Shown: piece by piece, positions 9,401 through 18,782 of the stretch | How the letters are laid out: each line of letters opens with the position of its first letter | How positions within the stretch are numbered: the first letter of the stretch is position 1 | DNA from: a virus | Lineage: Duplodnaviria > Caudoviricetes | DNA: 64,000 nucleotides | Reading direction: 5' to 3' (one strand) | Virus record (IMG/VR): IMGVR_UViG_3300016725_000002 | Location: 64,001 to 128,000 of that record | Notes under the pieces: model-generated | The model's database searches: none | What the model was told of the DNA's origin: nothing | The model's input: only the letters and a program-made list of their open reading frames with translations | Made by a program: the position numbers and the translations under genes

Positions 9401-10472
9401 ATTTTTTCCTTTGTATTTTTATGAGTGCATATGTAAACTTAGATATTTCTTGTTGAATTAAACAAGCATTTTTATCGCAGGCATAATCTGTTAATTTAGA
9501 GGAATATCTAACTTTATTACTTTTATCATAATTATGAATAGGACATTTATAACAAACTAATGTAGAACATTTATCACAAGCCGAAGGTTGTTTATATGTA
9601 CAATTTAAACCCATCATTGACTTTATACTATTATTAAATATATCACCTCGTACATGTTGATTCTTAGTTGGACTAAAAATACAGCCATGACATAGATAAA
9701 CTATTCCATCACAATCAATACATAAACTATTATCACCTGCAGTACAAAATTGTCTATTATGTGCAAACCAATTAAAGTTATGTTTTGTATTGTTAGTTAC
9801 TATATCTGTTAATATTGTAGTTAATTGATTTCTAAAGGTTTGAAGAGTCTCAGTTGAAAATTGTGGAAATGGTGCATCTGTAACAAAATTTAAACGTAAG
9901 TTTACATCTAATGCAGGATTAATAGTTCGCAGTTCTTTACGAAGTTGGCAGTAATTAAAATAAATTTGTTCAATATATGTAATTTGTGAAGGTTTAATTG
10001 TAGCTTTCAATGAGAATAAAATATCATTTTCAGCTAAGGTTTTAATATTTTTAAGTACCTGAGTATTTGAAGATTGACCTTTAATATTCAATCTATTTAA
10101 ACTTTGAATCGGTTCAAAATCATAACTAACTTGGAATTGAAAATTATACTTACGCCATTTTTTAATATAAGGTATTAATTTATCTATCTCATATCCATTA
10201 GAACTAGTAAAAAATGATTTTACATATCCGTGTAATTTACTCATTATATAATCCATACTCTTATATTCAAGAGTTGGTTCCCCACCCCAAAATACAATAG
10301 AGATTGTATGTGCTGCACCTAATAATTGTTTAAATTCTATTATTCTTTCAATACTCTTATCAAGGACTTCTTTACTAGTACGAATTGGTTCATAACTGCA
10401 CCCACTCTCATAGCAATAGGTGCAACGTAAGTTACAGCTATGAGTTAACATTAAATCTATAGTATAGTTCAT
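9369..10472 (-). CDS. Radical SAM enzyme with SPASM-type domain (peptide/protein maturase class)
   Basis: CNLRCTYC (CxxxCxxC), FWGGEPTL, SNG, VSYD; C-terminal CTAG..C..DG.VYLCHGC..CDKC..CYKCP auxiliary-cluster cysteines. Confidence 0.92.
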   Translation of the reverse strand: MNYTIDLMLTHSCNLRCTYCYESGCSYEPIRTSKEVLDKSIERIIEFKQLLGAAHTISIVFWGGEPTLEYKSMDYIMSKLHGYVKSFFTSSNGYEIDKLIPYIKKWRKYNFQFQVSYDFEPIQSLNRLNIKGQSSNTQVLKNIKTLAENDILFSLKATIKPSQITYIEQIYFNYCQLRKELRTINPALDVNLRLNFVTDAPFPQFSTETLQTFRNQLTTILTDIVTNNTKHNFNWFAHNRQFCTAGDNSLCIDCDGIVYLCHGCIFSPTKNQHVRGDIFNNSIKSMMGLNCTYKQPSACDKCSTLVCYKCPIHNYDKSNKVRYSSKLTDYACDKNACLIQQEISKFTYALIKIQRKKYGMYESGNRT

Positions 10473-10490
10473 ATTGGCTCCTTTGGTGAA

Positions 10491-10865
10491 CTATAATGCA
10501 ATAAAGCTTGCAGCGTGGAATGAGAAGAATTTAGTACCGTTACAAACAATCATAATACCTTCATTGGGAGATAAGGATTTGGAAGCATCATTATCAATTA
10601 GTTGCGTACTTAAAGAAGATTTAACTGTTATTTCAGTAGATCCATTATTTTTAATAAATAAATGAAATCCATCACTTAACGCTGTAGCATTGGGTAATGT
10701 GACAGTAAATGTACCACTTCCAGAAAGGAATTTACGGTAGTCATCAGAAGTTACAGAATAGTTAGCAGTTATTTCAGAAACAGTAATAGGACTACTAAAC
10801 TTTTGCATATTTTTAACTGCATTCATTATGTCTTGTTTTTCTTTCAGGGTGAAGGTATATGCCAT
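10491..10865 (-). CDS. Small tail-fibre-type structural protein
   Basis: TVTLPNA..DGF..IKN.G..LID..L.P.EG..IVCNGTKF beta-sandwich repeat seen in phage fibres; related to C-termini of 10875 and 20472 ORFs. Confidence 0.55.
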   Translation of the reverse strand: MAYTFTLKEKQDIMNAVKNMQKFSSPITVSEITANYSVTSDDYRKFLSGSGTFTVTLPNATALSDGFHLFIKNNGSTEITVKSSLSTQLIDNDASKSLSPNEGIMIVCNGTKFFSFHAASFIAL

Positions 10866-10874
10866 GTTAAACTC

Positions 10875-11276
10875 CTAGATTATCCACCATTTATTACCGT
10901 CATACATAAGACGAACACCGTTTAATGGATCAAGTATAAGACCTATATCTCCATCTAATGCAGTATTAAATGTAATCTGTTTAGTAGCATGAATATTTTT
11001 CACATAAATAATATAACCCGCAGTAGTAGATGATAAAGTAACATTAATACCTGCATACGATGAACTTTCTATTAAGTATGTAGAACCCGGAGTAGGTGTA
11101 ATAGAAAACTTTTGATTATCTTGAGTAGCAGTAAGTAATACTATTTCAGTAGAACCACCATTTGCTAATTTATAAGTACCATCATCCGCAAGAAATTTTT
11201 TACCATCACTATCAATTATAATACGACCTATCTTTTCATTGAGAGTATCTAAGTTTCTTAGAACTTTTGGTTTCAT
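10875..11276 (-). CDS. Small tail-fibre-type structural protein
   Basis: DGKKFLADDGTYK fibre motif; C-terminal LMYDGNKWWII. Confidence 0.55.
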   Translation of the reverse strand: MKPKVLRNLDTLNEKIGRIIIDSDGKKFLADDGTYKLANGGSTEIVLLTATQDNQKFSITPTPGSTYLIESSSYAGINVTLSSTTAGYIIYVKNIHATKQITFNTALDGDIGLILDPLNGVRLMYDGNKWWII

Positions 11277-11284
11277 ATTATCTC

Positions 11285-12022
11285 CTACGCCATAACAACT
11301 ATTTCAGTACCAGCATCATAAGAATCATAAAATTTAATACTATTACTAACAATACCAGATGTACCAATTTCATTATAAGCATAATAGTTACTATCTGAAC
11401 CACCAACACATAAAACACCATCTACAAAAACAAGTAAAGCATTAGTTCCCACTTTATAGCTAGGAACACTTATATCTGTATCAGCAATTAATTTACTTGA
11501 TAAAATAGTGACCATTTTGGTAAGGCTTGAGCCACCAGAACCACCACTTCCACCGTATGCATCAACAATCTTTTTAACTAAAGCAGGTGTAGCTGCTTTA
11601 TCCTCACTAGATACATCAAAACCAGAAGCATATAAAGTTAAACCTGCATTAACTGTAGTAGCCATGCCAATGTCAGAAGCAGCAGGGCCTAAATCATTGA
11701 TAAAACCATGAACACGGGCGGAAACGCCAATAGTATCACTATAAACATAAATAGTTTCCTGCGTGCTAACAACAACACGGGATTTAGTAAAAGTAGATCC
11801 ACCATCAATAGGCTGGTTAAATACAATATAATCTTCAGTATTAACTGAATCAGTAGATGCAGGAATAATTGCTATTCTAACTTTTGCTCGGGTGCCACCA
11901 CGATTGCACATGACTATATCTACGGTAGCAGCATTGGTACTGCTGTTATACCATATTTTAGTCAGCACACCTTGCTGACAATCTAGTTTACCAAATACAC
12001 CGCTTGTAACGGACATAGACAT
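11285..12022 (-). CDS. Putative virion structural/fibre protein
   Basis: CNR...RIAI...EDYI N-domain; DKAATPALVK fibre repeat; Gly linker; YKVGTNALLVFVDGVL C-domain. Confidence 0.55.
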   Translation of the reverse strand: MSMSVTSGVFGKLDCQQGVLTKIWYNSSTNAATVDIVMCNRGGTRAKVRIAIIPASTDSVNTEDYIVFNQPIDGGSTFTKSRVVVSTQETIYVYSDTIGVSARVHGFINDLGPAASDIGMATTVNAGLTLYASGFDVSSEDKAATPALVKKIVDAYGGSGGSGGSSLTKMVTILSSKLIADTDISVPSYKVGTNALLVFVDGVLCVGGSDSNYYAYNEIGTSGIVSNSIKFYDSYDAGTEIVVMA

Positions 12023-12039
12023 CTCCTCTTCATAATGAT

Positions 12040-12077
12040 ACTAGGGGAATACCAGTATAAACTAGTATCCCCCTAGT
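12040..12077 (-). terminator. Stem-loop downstream of the GC-rich fibre gene
   Basis: Minus strand ACTAGGGGGATACTAGT-TTAT-ACTGGTATTCCCCTAGT; fully paired only on the minus-strand RNA (two G-U pairs); no U tract. Confidence 0.65.
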
Positions 12078-12106
12078 GTTTAGTAGCTGATTAAATCAGC
12101 GTTCAA

Positions 12107-13420
12107 TTAAGCTTTAACGTGGGGGTACACAACCACAGAATAAGCGATATCCTGTGTCAGTGTTTCGGCCAGGGTGATGGTGGTGCTGTTGGTCAGCACG
12201 AAAGCATCACTGGACTGGCGAATGCCGCTCAGGTACACTTCAAAGTAGTACACGCTGGAGATGGCAGTGCCCAGAGTGATGGTGCTGCTGCCGGAAGCAA
12301 CAGTACCTTCATAGGTGGTCACAGCGGTGACGGCAGGAGTGGAGCTGATTTCCACGAAGGTCTTGCCGGAGGCAGAAGTAAGCACATACACCTTTTTGGC
12401 GTATGTGTCAGACGCACCGCCTGTAACCACGAACAGGAAGCCTTCCTGCGCGGCGGTGGGAACCAGAGTGGCAAAGTCAGTAGCAGAACCCTGCCAAGCC
12501 ACGGCAGTGCGGCTCAGGCGTGAGTCATTGCCTTCGCAAGCTGTGCCCGCGGTCGTGCCGTAAACGGCAGTCAATGTAACGTCAGCAGACAGGGCGCCGC
12601 CGCCGGAAAGACCAGTGCCAGCGATAACCTGACGGGTAATCGGCACAACGCTGGTGATCTTGGTGTCCGTCCATGCGCTGGTGTCACTGTCCCACACCCA
12701 CACGGAGTCAGTGGCTTCAACGATAGCGTAGGAACCAGCTTCAGGAGCAGGATTTGCGGCCACAAGGGCGGCTTCCGTTGTGTAGTAACCCTTGAGCAGT
12801 GAGGCCTGCTTGATTTCCTTGGTGACGTAGGTTTTCAGGTCAAGCGCGGTGGTCTTCTTGTTGTCCGTACCCAGCTGCATCGGCAGTAAGGTGACGTCCG
12901 TAATGTCAGTTGAAGCCAGCGCGGCGAAACCAGAGAAGTCCTTGTTCAGCTTGAGGGCCAAACCATCGGTCAACTGCTTAACCTGCACAGCGCGGTCAGT
13001 AGCTGTTCCGGTGGTAATGTCACCAGCAGAAGCAATCTGCACAACACCGGGAGTGTCAGTGGTAGCCAGGGCGCCGCCAACGGTCACGTCATTGCCGTTA
13101 GCAGTAACGGTCACGCCCGTGCCAGCTTTGATGTTGGAAGCGATAAGCTTGGTGTCAAGAGCGGTCTGAAGGCCAGTCACCTTGTCAATGGTGATGCCGC
13201 CCACGAGGCCAGAACCGGCGATAGGCGTCCATGTCAGGGCTGACGCGCCGATGGTCTTGAGCATGAACAGAGCTTGTGTGTCGTCTTCGAGGAAGAGGAA
13301 GTTCACGTCACTTGCGGTGACATTGGCGGGAAGCATGCCAGTGCGGTCAGCACTTGTGCCTGTCCAACGAACTGGCTGGGGGTTTTTGAGTAAGGAAGTA
13401 GGGATACGTGTGATACTCAT
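12107..13420 (-). CDS. Putative high-copy fibre protein
   Basis: IDKVTGLQTALD, GVVQIA, AGTGLSGGG.L..DVTL, YGTTAGTACEGNDSRLS are common phage fibre motifs; GC-rich codons like MCP. Confidence 0.7.
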   Translation of the reverse strand: MSITRIPTSLLKNPQPVRWTGTSADRTGMLPANVTASDVNFLFLEDDTQALFMLKTIGASALTWTPIAGSGLVGGITIDKVTGLQTALDTKLIASNIKAGTGVTVTANGNDVTVGGALATTDTPGVVQIASAGDITTGTATDRAVQVKQLTDGLALKLNKDFSGFAALASTDITDVTLLPMQLGTDNKKTTALDLKTYVTKEIKQASLLKGYYTTEAALVAANPAPEAGSYAIVEATDSVWVWDSDTSAWTDTKITSVVPITRQVIAGTGLSGGGALSADVTLTAVYGTTAGTACEGNDSRLSRTAVAWQGSATDFATLVPTAAQEGFLFVVTGGASDTYAKKVYVLTSASGKTFVEISSTPAVTAVTTYEGTVASGSSTITLGTAISSVYYFEVYLSGIRQSSDAFVLTNSTTITLAETLTQDIAYSVVVYPHVKA

Positions 13421-13800
13421 GGTTTTTCTCCACTGTTTTTGGTTAGAAGTCTAATGACTTCATCTGAAACATTAATGTTTTTAATTTTAGCATTAGGCCT
13501 TAATTGTCGCCACAATTGGTACAAAATAGGGTCATTTTTACATGTGTATTCTTTACATGTTTTAGGTCGTATCTCATATATTGTACATCTGTTATCAGAG
13601 CCGAGAAACGGACAAACCAATCCCGGCCCCTTTTTCAATAATAATAATGTTTTACCATCCTTTACAAAAACATTAGCTATATCACTAATGTTTTTATTAA
13701 ACTGCGTAGCAACACGCTTGGCTTCTTCATATGTTAACTTAATCTCGCCAGCTACAACGCAGCATAGACCAGGACATGAATTGCAACGCTTTACTTGCAT
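13417..13800 (-). CDS. YkgJ-family cysteine-cluster (CxxCxxxCC) protein
   Basis: CNSCPGLCC...CPFL...CTIYEIRPKTCKEY. Confidence 0.85.
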   Translation of the reverse strand: MQVKRCNSCPGLCCVVAGEIKLTYEEAKRVATQFNKNISDIANVFVKDGKTLLLLKKGPGLVCPFLGSDNRCTIYEIRPKTCKEYTCKNDPILYQLWRQLRPNAKIKNINVSDEVIRLLTKNSGEKP

Positions 13801-14000
13801 TATAACTCCGATAATTCTCGCATTGCTTTAAGCATATTTTCCCAATTAGAATAGATAAGTTTGCTATTTTTCTTCATTCCAACGAATTTTTTAGCTCTTT
13901 TACTGATTATTTGGTATAACTTAAAGAACTCATTCTTTTGTTCTTCAGTAATACCTGAATCCTCAGATTTAGCTTCAATTTCAATATAATTGATTTTCAT
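13800..14000 (-). CDS. Small hypothetical protein with leader MKINYIEIEA
   Basis: 66 aa, GGAGG RBS. Confidence 0.6.
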   Translation of the reverse strand: MKINYIEIEAKSEDSGITEEQKNEFFKLYQIISKRAKKFVGMKKNSKLIYSNWENMLKAMRELSEL

Positions 14001-14008
14001 GATTCCTC

Positions 14009-14548
14009 CTATTTCCTAAAAGCATTAAAATCAACTCTTTTATTAAATACACCAGTACCAAAGTAATATCCAATTACAGTATCAAACTTTGCACTAGCAT
14101 ACCCAATAACTGTACCAACTAAACCTATTTGATTTACATCTAAGTTCTTAAATTGAGAAGAAAATACAAAGATAACACAAACAATAAAAATTATAGCTGT
14201 CGTAATTGCTAAAATAGCAGGGGTAATTTTATCTTCTTTTAATGATTTAATATATGCTAAATTAGCATTATCCTTGTCAGTATTTTGACTAACAAGTACA
14301 TCCATATTAATATTTAATTCGGTTAACTTATCAGTAACAATAGATTCAACATTCTTTAAGTTTTGAAGGTGTTCCGAAGAACAGTTATTAATGTTGGTTT
14401 GTAATGTTTCTTCAGAGGTATCTGTTGGAAGTTCAAGTGCTTTACAGACTTCGGCACGAACAAAACTATAAAGTATTGGACTTGTTAATGCTAACGCTGC
14501 CTTAGGTGCTACTGTAGAAATTGAATCTATCCAATTTTGTTGCCCCAT
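14009..14548 (-). CDS. Putative holin-like membrane protein
   Basis: Two C-terminal hydrophobic helices ending in TVIGYYFG. Confidence 0.6.
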   Translation of the reverse strand: MGQQNWIDSISTVAPKAALALTSPILYSFVRAEVCKALELPTDTSEETLQTNINNCSSEHLQNLKNVESIVTDKLTELNINMDVLVSQNTDKDNANLAYIKSLKEDKITPAILAITTAIIFIVCVIFVFSSQFKNLDVNQIGLVGTVIGYASAKFDTVIGYYFGTGVFNKRVDFNAFRK

Positions 14549-14550
14549 AA

Positions 14551-14802
14551 TTATCCTTCATCTAATTCTTCCTCTTCAAAGTCAAAATCAGTATAACCTT
14601 CTGATAACATTGAAGTACAATGCACACAATGGGTTGATGTTGGAATTGCTTTTAATCTAGCTAAAGGAATAGGACGTTTACATCTCTTACAAACTACTTC
14701 ACCATTATCAATCATTTGAACATCTGATTTTTTAGCAGATCTAGCATATAATGCTGATTCATATATGCTAGATTGCTGCTGTGCAATATCGGCTGCATCC
14801 AT
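14551..14802 (-). CDS. TraR/DksA-family C4 zinc-finger protein
   Basis: MDAADIA acidic tip; CKRC..PIPLARLKAIP...CVHC. Confidence 0.88.
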   Translation of the reverse strand: MDAADIAQQQSSIYESALYARSAKKSDVQMIDNGEVVCKRCKRPIPLARLKAIPTSTHCVHCTSMLSEGYTDFDFEEEELDEG

Positions 14803-14804
14803 TA

Positions 14805-15281
14805 TTAACCCCTACAAGAACTAGTTATATCCCAATCAAGGTCAATTGTGGGTAAATTTAACTGTGATGTAACAAATATCCAACATGAACTATCAACAGC
14901 AAGTTGAATGTCTTGTATAACTAAACTACAACGTGAAAAACAAGTAGGCATGGTATTAGCTCGTAACCAATTACCTTGAGGTGTAATGGCTAAGGGTGTT
15001 CTACTACGCTTTTTAATAGTTGATCCATCACGATATTCTAATGTTGCAAAAAAGCCATGAGAAGTTTGACTAAATTCGCGTATTGCATAATCTTCAAGAA
15101 TAATTAATTCATCACCAGGTGCACCATAAGGTGAATGGAATTTCCAATACTGAATATCAAGGGAGTTTAAATCCTGATATTCACTTGTACTGATATGAAT
15201 TTCTCCACCACCATTTTGTAATATTTCTTGAATAACTGCATCTGTTAGTTCCATTGTAAATATCTGTTTCTTAACACCCAT
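14805..15281 (-). CDS. ASCH/PUA-like phage protein
   Basis: SPYGAPGDELIILE and W....MP...SR..L.I.DI motifs. Confidence 0.55.
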   Translation of the reverse strand: MGVKKQIFTMELTDAVIQEILQNGGGEIHISTSEYQDLNSLDIQYWKFHSPYGAPGDELIILEDYAIREFSQTSHGFFATLEYRDGSTIKKRSRTPLAITPQGNWLRANTMPTCFSRCSLVIQDIQLAVDSSCWIFVTSQLNLPTIDLDWDITSSCRG

Positions 15282-15289
15282 GTGTCACC

Positions 15290-15535
15290 TCATTTTGAGA
15301 ATTTATTTCTCAACTTAGTTTTTACTAATTCAAATTTCTGTTTATCTTCTTCACTTAAATTAGAACCTGCCCTATTAACATAAAATGAAACGCGGCTTAT
15401 TGCCTGTTTTAAACTGGTAGATTTTTTAAATAAAAAATCAGCAATTTTAGTTGCTGATTCAGTAAAGAGTTTATCAGGTACATCAAGTTTAGATTTATAA
15501 CTACTTAAATTAGTGGAGACTGTAATGTATTTCAT
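15290..15535 (-). CDS. DUF3175-like protein with MKY leader
   Basis: AISRVSFYVNRAGSNLS...KLR recalls DUF3175 (SMLxFYINRAGKNL). Confidence 0.6.
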   Translation of the reverse strand: MKYITVSTNLSSYKSKLDVPDKLFTESATKIADFLFKKSTSLKQAISRVSFYVNRAGSNLSEEDKQKFELVKTKLRNKFSK

Positions 15536-15536
15536 A

Positions 15537-15803
15537 CTACCTCCGGTATGGTTTACTTTTATTAAAGACTTTACCTTTAAATGAACGCTGCATGTGTTTA
15601 TGATGATCTGTATGACAACTAAAACATAAACTAATTAAATTGGATGGATCATTAGTCCCACCTTTACTGAGTTCTCGTTTATGATGTACATTTAAATATG
15701 TTGAATTAGGGGGAAACTCCCGAAAACATTCCTGACAAGTATAGTTATCTCGCTCTTTTACTTGTTGAGCAATTTCATTCCAATTATCAGGATAGCGAGT
15801 CAT
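15537..15803 (-). CDS. HNH endonuclease (small, McrA-like)
   Basis: RDNYTCQEC...VHH...GGTN..NL..LC..CH..HH. Confidence 0.9.
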   Translation of the reverse strand: MTRYPDNWNEIAQQVKERDNYTCQECFREFPPNSTYLNVHHKRELSKGGTNDPSNLISLCFSCHTDHHKHMQRSFKGKVFNKSKPYRR

Positions 15804-16345
15804 TATTTACCACTATGATAAAATTTACCGCTTGATTTTTTATCAGAACTCGATTCTTCTGTATCATCTTCTGAATCTGTATCTTCTTTATCTGCATCAG
15901 ATAAATGAATATCACCTTGAAATAATGCAGAGGCAGTAGCCAAAACTAAAATTGTAGCTTTGTTGTCTATTGCTTCTTCACCATTTTTCTCTACTTCTTT
16001 TTTACCTTCATCAGTCTTTTTAAATTTATCAGTAACTCGTTTACTTAAACCTTTAGCAGCTTCTATTTGTTTCTTTGAAAAACCTTTTAATGCATCTGTT
16101 CCACCTTTTACTTTATCCTTAAACTTTGATAATAAACTAGTTGATTTATCTACTACTTTATCTTGTTCTTTAGGTGTTAACTTAGTTAAATGTTCTGCGA
16201 CACGTTTATCAATTTTTTTATCAAAATGGGATAAAATCTTTTCTTCCATCTTACTAACATATGTTTTATTTCCGTTATTATTAACGTAGTATTTACCACC
16301 CCTAGGGCCAGTGTTCAACTTTAAGGCAACTACTACATATTTCAT
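15803..16345 (-). CDS. Basic protein with GPRGG-x-YY (basic adaptor-like) motif and MKY leader
   Basis: TGPRGGKYYVNNNGNKTYV; Lys-rich body, acidic tail. Confidence 0.6.
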   Translation of the reverse strand: MKYVVVALKLNTGPRGGKYYVNNNGNKTYVSKMEEKILSHFDKKIDKRVAEHLTKLTPKEQDKVVDKSTSLLSKFKDKVKGGTDALKGFSKKQIEAAKGLSKRVTDKFKKTDEGKKEVEKNGEEAIDNKATILVLATASALFQGDIHLSDADKEDTDSEDDTEESSSDKKSSGKFYHSGK

Positions 16346-16833
16346 TTAACTCTCCTAAATACTTTCTTTATAAACTGCTGTACTGTCAACTTCTTTGTTG
16401 CACTAGCAGTTAAATAACAAGATGTAGTATCATTTAGCTGGTAGCGTTTTAAATCCCATCTTTTATCAGTATTAGCGTTCTCAAATACAGAAAAATCTAA
16501 TAACATTACGCCATCAACATCTCGTATAGGAATAGCGTCATAAAAAGGAGTAAAATTATTATGAGTATCAACAGATGTAGGAGAATAAACATCTAAATCA
16601 TATAATACTTTATCAATTGTGAATCTAATACCACTTATTCTTGCAGGAAAGTAGAATGCAGTTATTGGGTTATTAATACTTGGACTGAATGCTACTATAT
16701 CGCCTATTGAGTATCGGGAAGGATAGTTTTTGTGAGGTAAATCAGTTTCTAATTCTTCTAATACATTAGAAAGTTTTTCAGAATCCTTAATATTATTTGA
16801 ATCTATAATTTCAGCAACAACTACATATTTCAT
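16342..16833 (-). CDS. Hypothetical protein, paralogue of 16830..17204, MKY leader
   Basis: Shares FSP...FPA[RK]I...FT..KVLYD...NNF.PFYD.IP...VD with neighbour. Confidence 0.7.
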   Translation of the reverse strand: MKYVVVAEIIDSNNIKDSEKLSNVLEELETDLPHKNYPSRYSIGDIVAFSPSINNPITAFYFPARISGIRFTIDKVLYDLDVYSPTSVDTHNNFTPFYDAIPIRDVDGVMLLDFSVFENANTDKRWDLKRYQLNDTTSCYLTASATKKLTVQQFIKKVFRRVK

Positions 16834-17204
16834 AATAAATCTTGTAACATCTTAGTGAAAGATGTAACTGAAAAAGTTATTTGCTTAGGATAAGATACTT
16901 TGGAAATAATAATACCTTTCTCTGAAAGAATATCATCAATTTCATTTACCATAATACTATCTACATTCTCTAACGGAATATTATCATAAAATGGATTAAA
17001 ATTATTATCAGAAGTAGCTAACTCTTTACATAAGAGGGAAATATCGTATAAAACTTTAGAAGGAGTGAATTTAACATTAACTATTTTGGCAGGAAAATGA
17101 GTACGTTTATCTTCAAAATTATTTAAATCCGGGGAAAATAATACAATTTGACCGGGTTTAAATCTCGCAGGAAAATCAGTATCTGCAACAGTTACATATT
17201 TCAT
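16830..17204 (-). CDS. Hypothetical protein, paralogue of 16342..16833, MKY leader
   Basis: Same shared motif; AGGAG RBS. Confidence 0.7.
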   Translation of the reverse strand: MKYVTVADTDFPARFKPGQIVLFSPDLNNFEDKRTHFPAKIVNVKFTPSKVLYDISLLCKELATSDNNFNPFYDNIPLENVDSIMVNEIDDILSEKGIIISKVSYPKQITFSVTSFTKMLQDLL

Positions 17205-17216
17205 AGATTTCTCCTC

Positions 17217-18782
17217 TTATTTTTTCTTTGCTGGAAAATCTTTATATAATTTATTTAAATATTTTACATCATTTCCTGTAGAGAATCTTTCAACTATAAC
17301 TGAATTTAAATTTCCTTTCTTTTCTAAACAAGTAATAATTCTGTATACTGTAGTATTATACATAGATATGAATCTAAATAATTCTCTTACTTCTTTATTT
17401 TTAGCTTCACCTTCTAATTTGGATAATTTAGAAATTTTATATAAAGTAGGAGTTACTGCATATAAATAACCTGAAAATTTAGCATCCTTTATTACATTCT
17501 TAAAGAAACGACTGATTTCTAATTTATCTGTTAACTTTAATACTTTTTTAAATAAAGGAGTTTTAATAAGTTTAGGATTAAATTCATTTTCATATTCCTG
17601 ACGTTTCGCTTCTCGTCTTTTTATATTCCTAACATATGTAGAAATAATAAATTTATCACATTCAACATTTTCAGGTTGAGCTTCAATTCGCGTAAGTGAA
17701 GCATCCACAATAGGAGCAATACAGGATTCACAATTCTTTAAATTATCAACACTATTCAACAGAAGAGTAGCTGAAGTTTTAAACTTTTTGGGTAATATAA
17801 CATCTTTATCTAATGATAATCGTTTACATTCATATTTAAGTTTAGGGAGTTTAGTACCCATAACATGTAAATCTTTACATGAAACATACTGAGGGTAATA
17901 TTTACTATCTATAATAACTATATCACCATTTAATAACTTTTTAGGTGTTAGTTTATTTTTAACCAAATCAAGAACAGACTTATTTAAGTCTATTGAATCT
18001 AACTTAGAAATATCATCTATAGTATAAAATTTATCAAAACTATAAATATTTAAATTATCTTGGTTAGAAGGCATCTTTGGTTTTAATGTATTTAAAAAAT
18101 CTCTAATTTCAGATACATATTTTTCAGGTACTGTATTTGCTTTACCTCGTATTTGTGAAATAGAATTGTTTTTTATTTCATACTGAACTGTAACATGTGG
18201 AATATTATTTTCATCTCGTAAACTGTATATTTTACACCTTCCATTTTTAACATATGGATAATAACCACCAACGCAGTGACCCATCAGTTCACCTTCACGT
18301 TTAAGTGATTTTTCACCTGTAATATCAACCCAAGTATAAGTACCAAGAGTTAAATAAGTTTTTATTCCATCTTCTTGAATGCTTTTAGCTTTTTTACTAT
18401 TTTTAGCCATAGCTTCATCCCAAGCTTTAACTTTATCAAGAGCTTGAGGAATACTAATTTTAGATATATCTGATTGTTCAGTATTTAAATAATCTATTAC
18501 ATGACTCCAATAATTTTTAAGATCAGTATTTAATATTAATAAATCTAATACTTCACCACGTTTAACTGCTTCTACCATCCATTCAGGACTATCTTTTGAA
18601 GTACGTTTAACTGGTTTAGATTCACCATTATTAATTAAATACTTTCTTAAATTTGAATTTATCCAAGTTTTAACATTAGCATTTAATGCTTGATTAGATA
18701 AATCATCTAAGAATGTTTTTAATTCATCAAGATTAACAATATTTTTTGCAATCATTTCCACTTTTGCTAATACATATCTCAT
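17217..18782 (-). CDS. PcfJ-like domain protein
   Basis: LKREGELMGHCVGGY...IYSLRD...PHVT...QIRGKAN. Confidence 0.8.
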   Translation of the reverse strand: MRYVLAKVEMIAKNIVNLDELKTFLDDLSNQALNANVKTWINSNLRKYLINNGESKPVKRTSKDSPEWMVEAVKRGEVLDLLILNTDLKNYWSHVIDYLNTEQSDISKISIPQALDKVKAWDEAMAKNSKKAKSIQEDGIKTYLTLGTYTWVDITGEKSLKREGELMGHCVGGYYPYVKNGRCKIYSLRDENNIPHVTVQYEIKNNSISQIRGKANTVPEKYVSEIRDFLNTLKPKMPSNQDNLNIYSFDKFYTIDDISKLDSIDLNKSVLDLVKNKLTPKKLLNGDIVIIDSKYYPQYVSCKDLHVMGTKLPKLKYECKRLSLDKDVILPKKFKTSATLLLNSVDNLKNCESCIAPIVDASLTRIEAQPENVECDKFIISTYVRNIKRREAKRQEYENEFNPKLIKTPLFKKVLKLTDKLEISRFFKNVIKDAKFSGYLYAVTPTLYKISKLSKLEGEAKNKEVRELFRFISMYNTTVYRIITCLEKKGNLNSVIVERFSTGNDVKYLNKLYKDFPAKKK

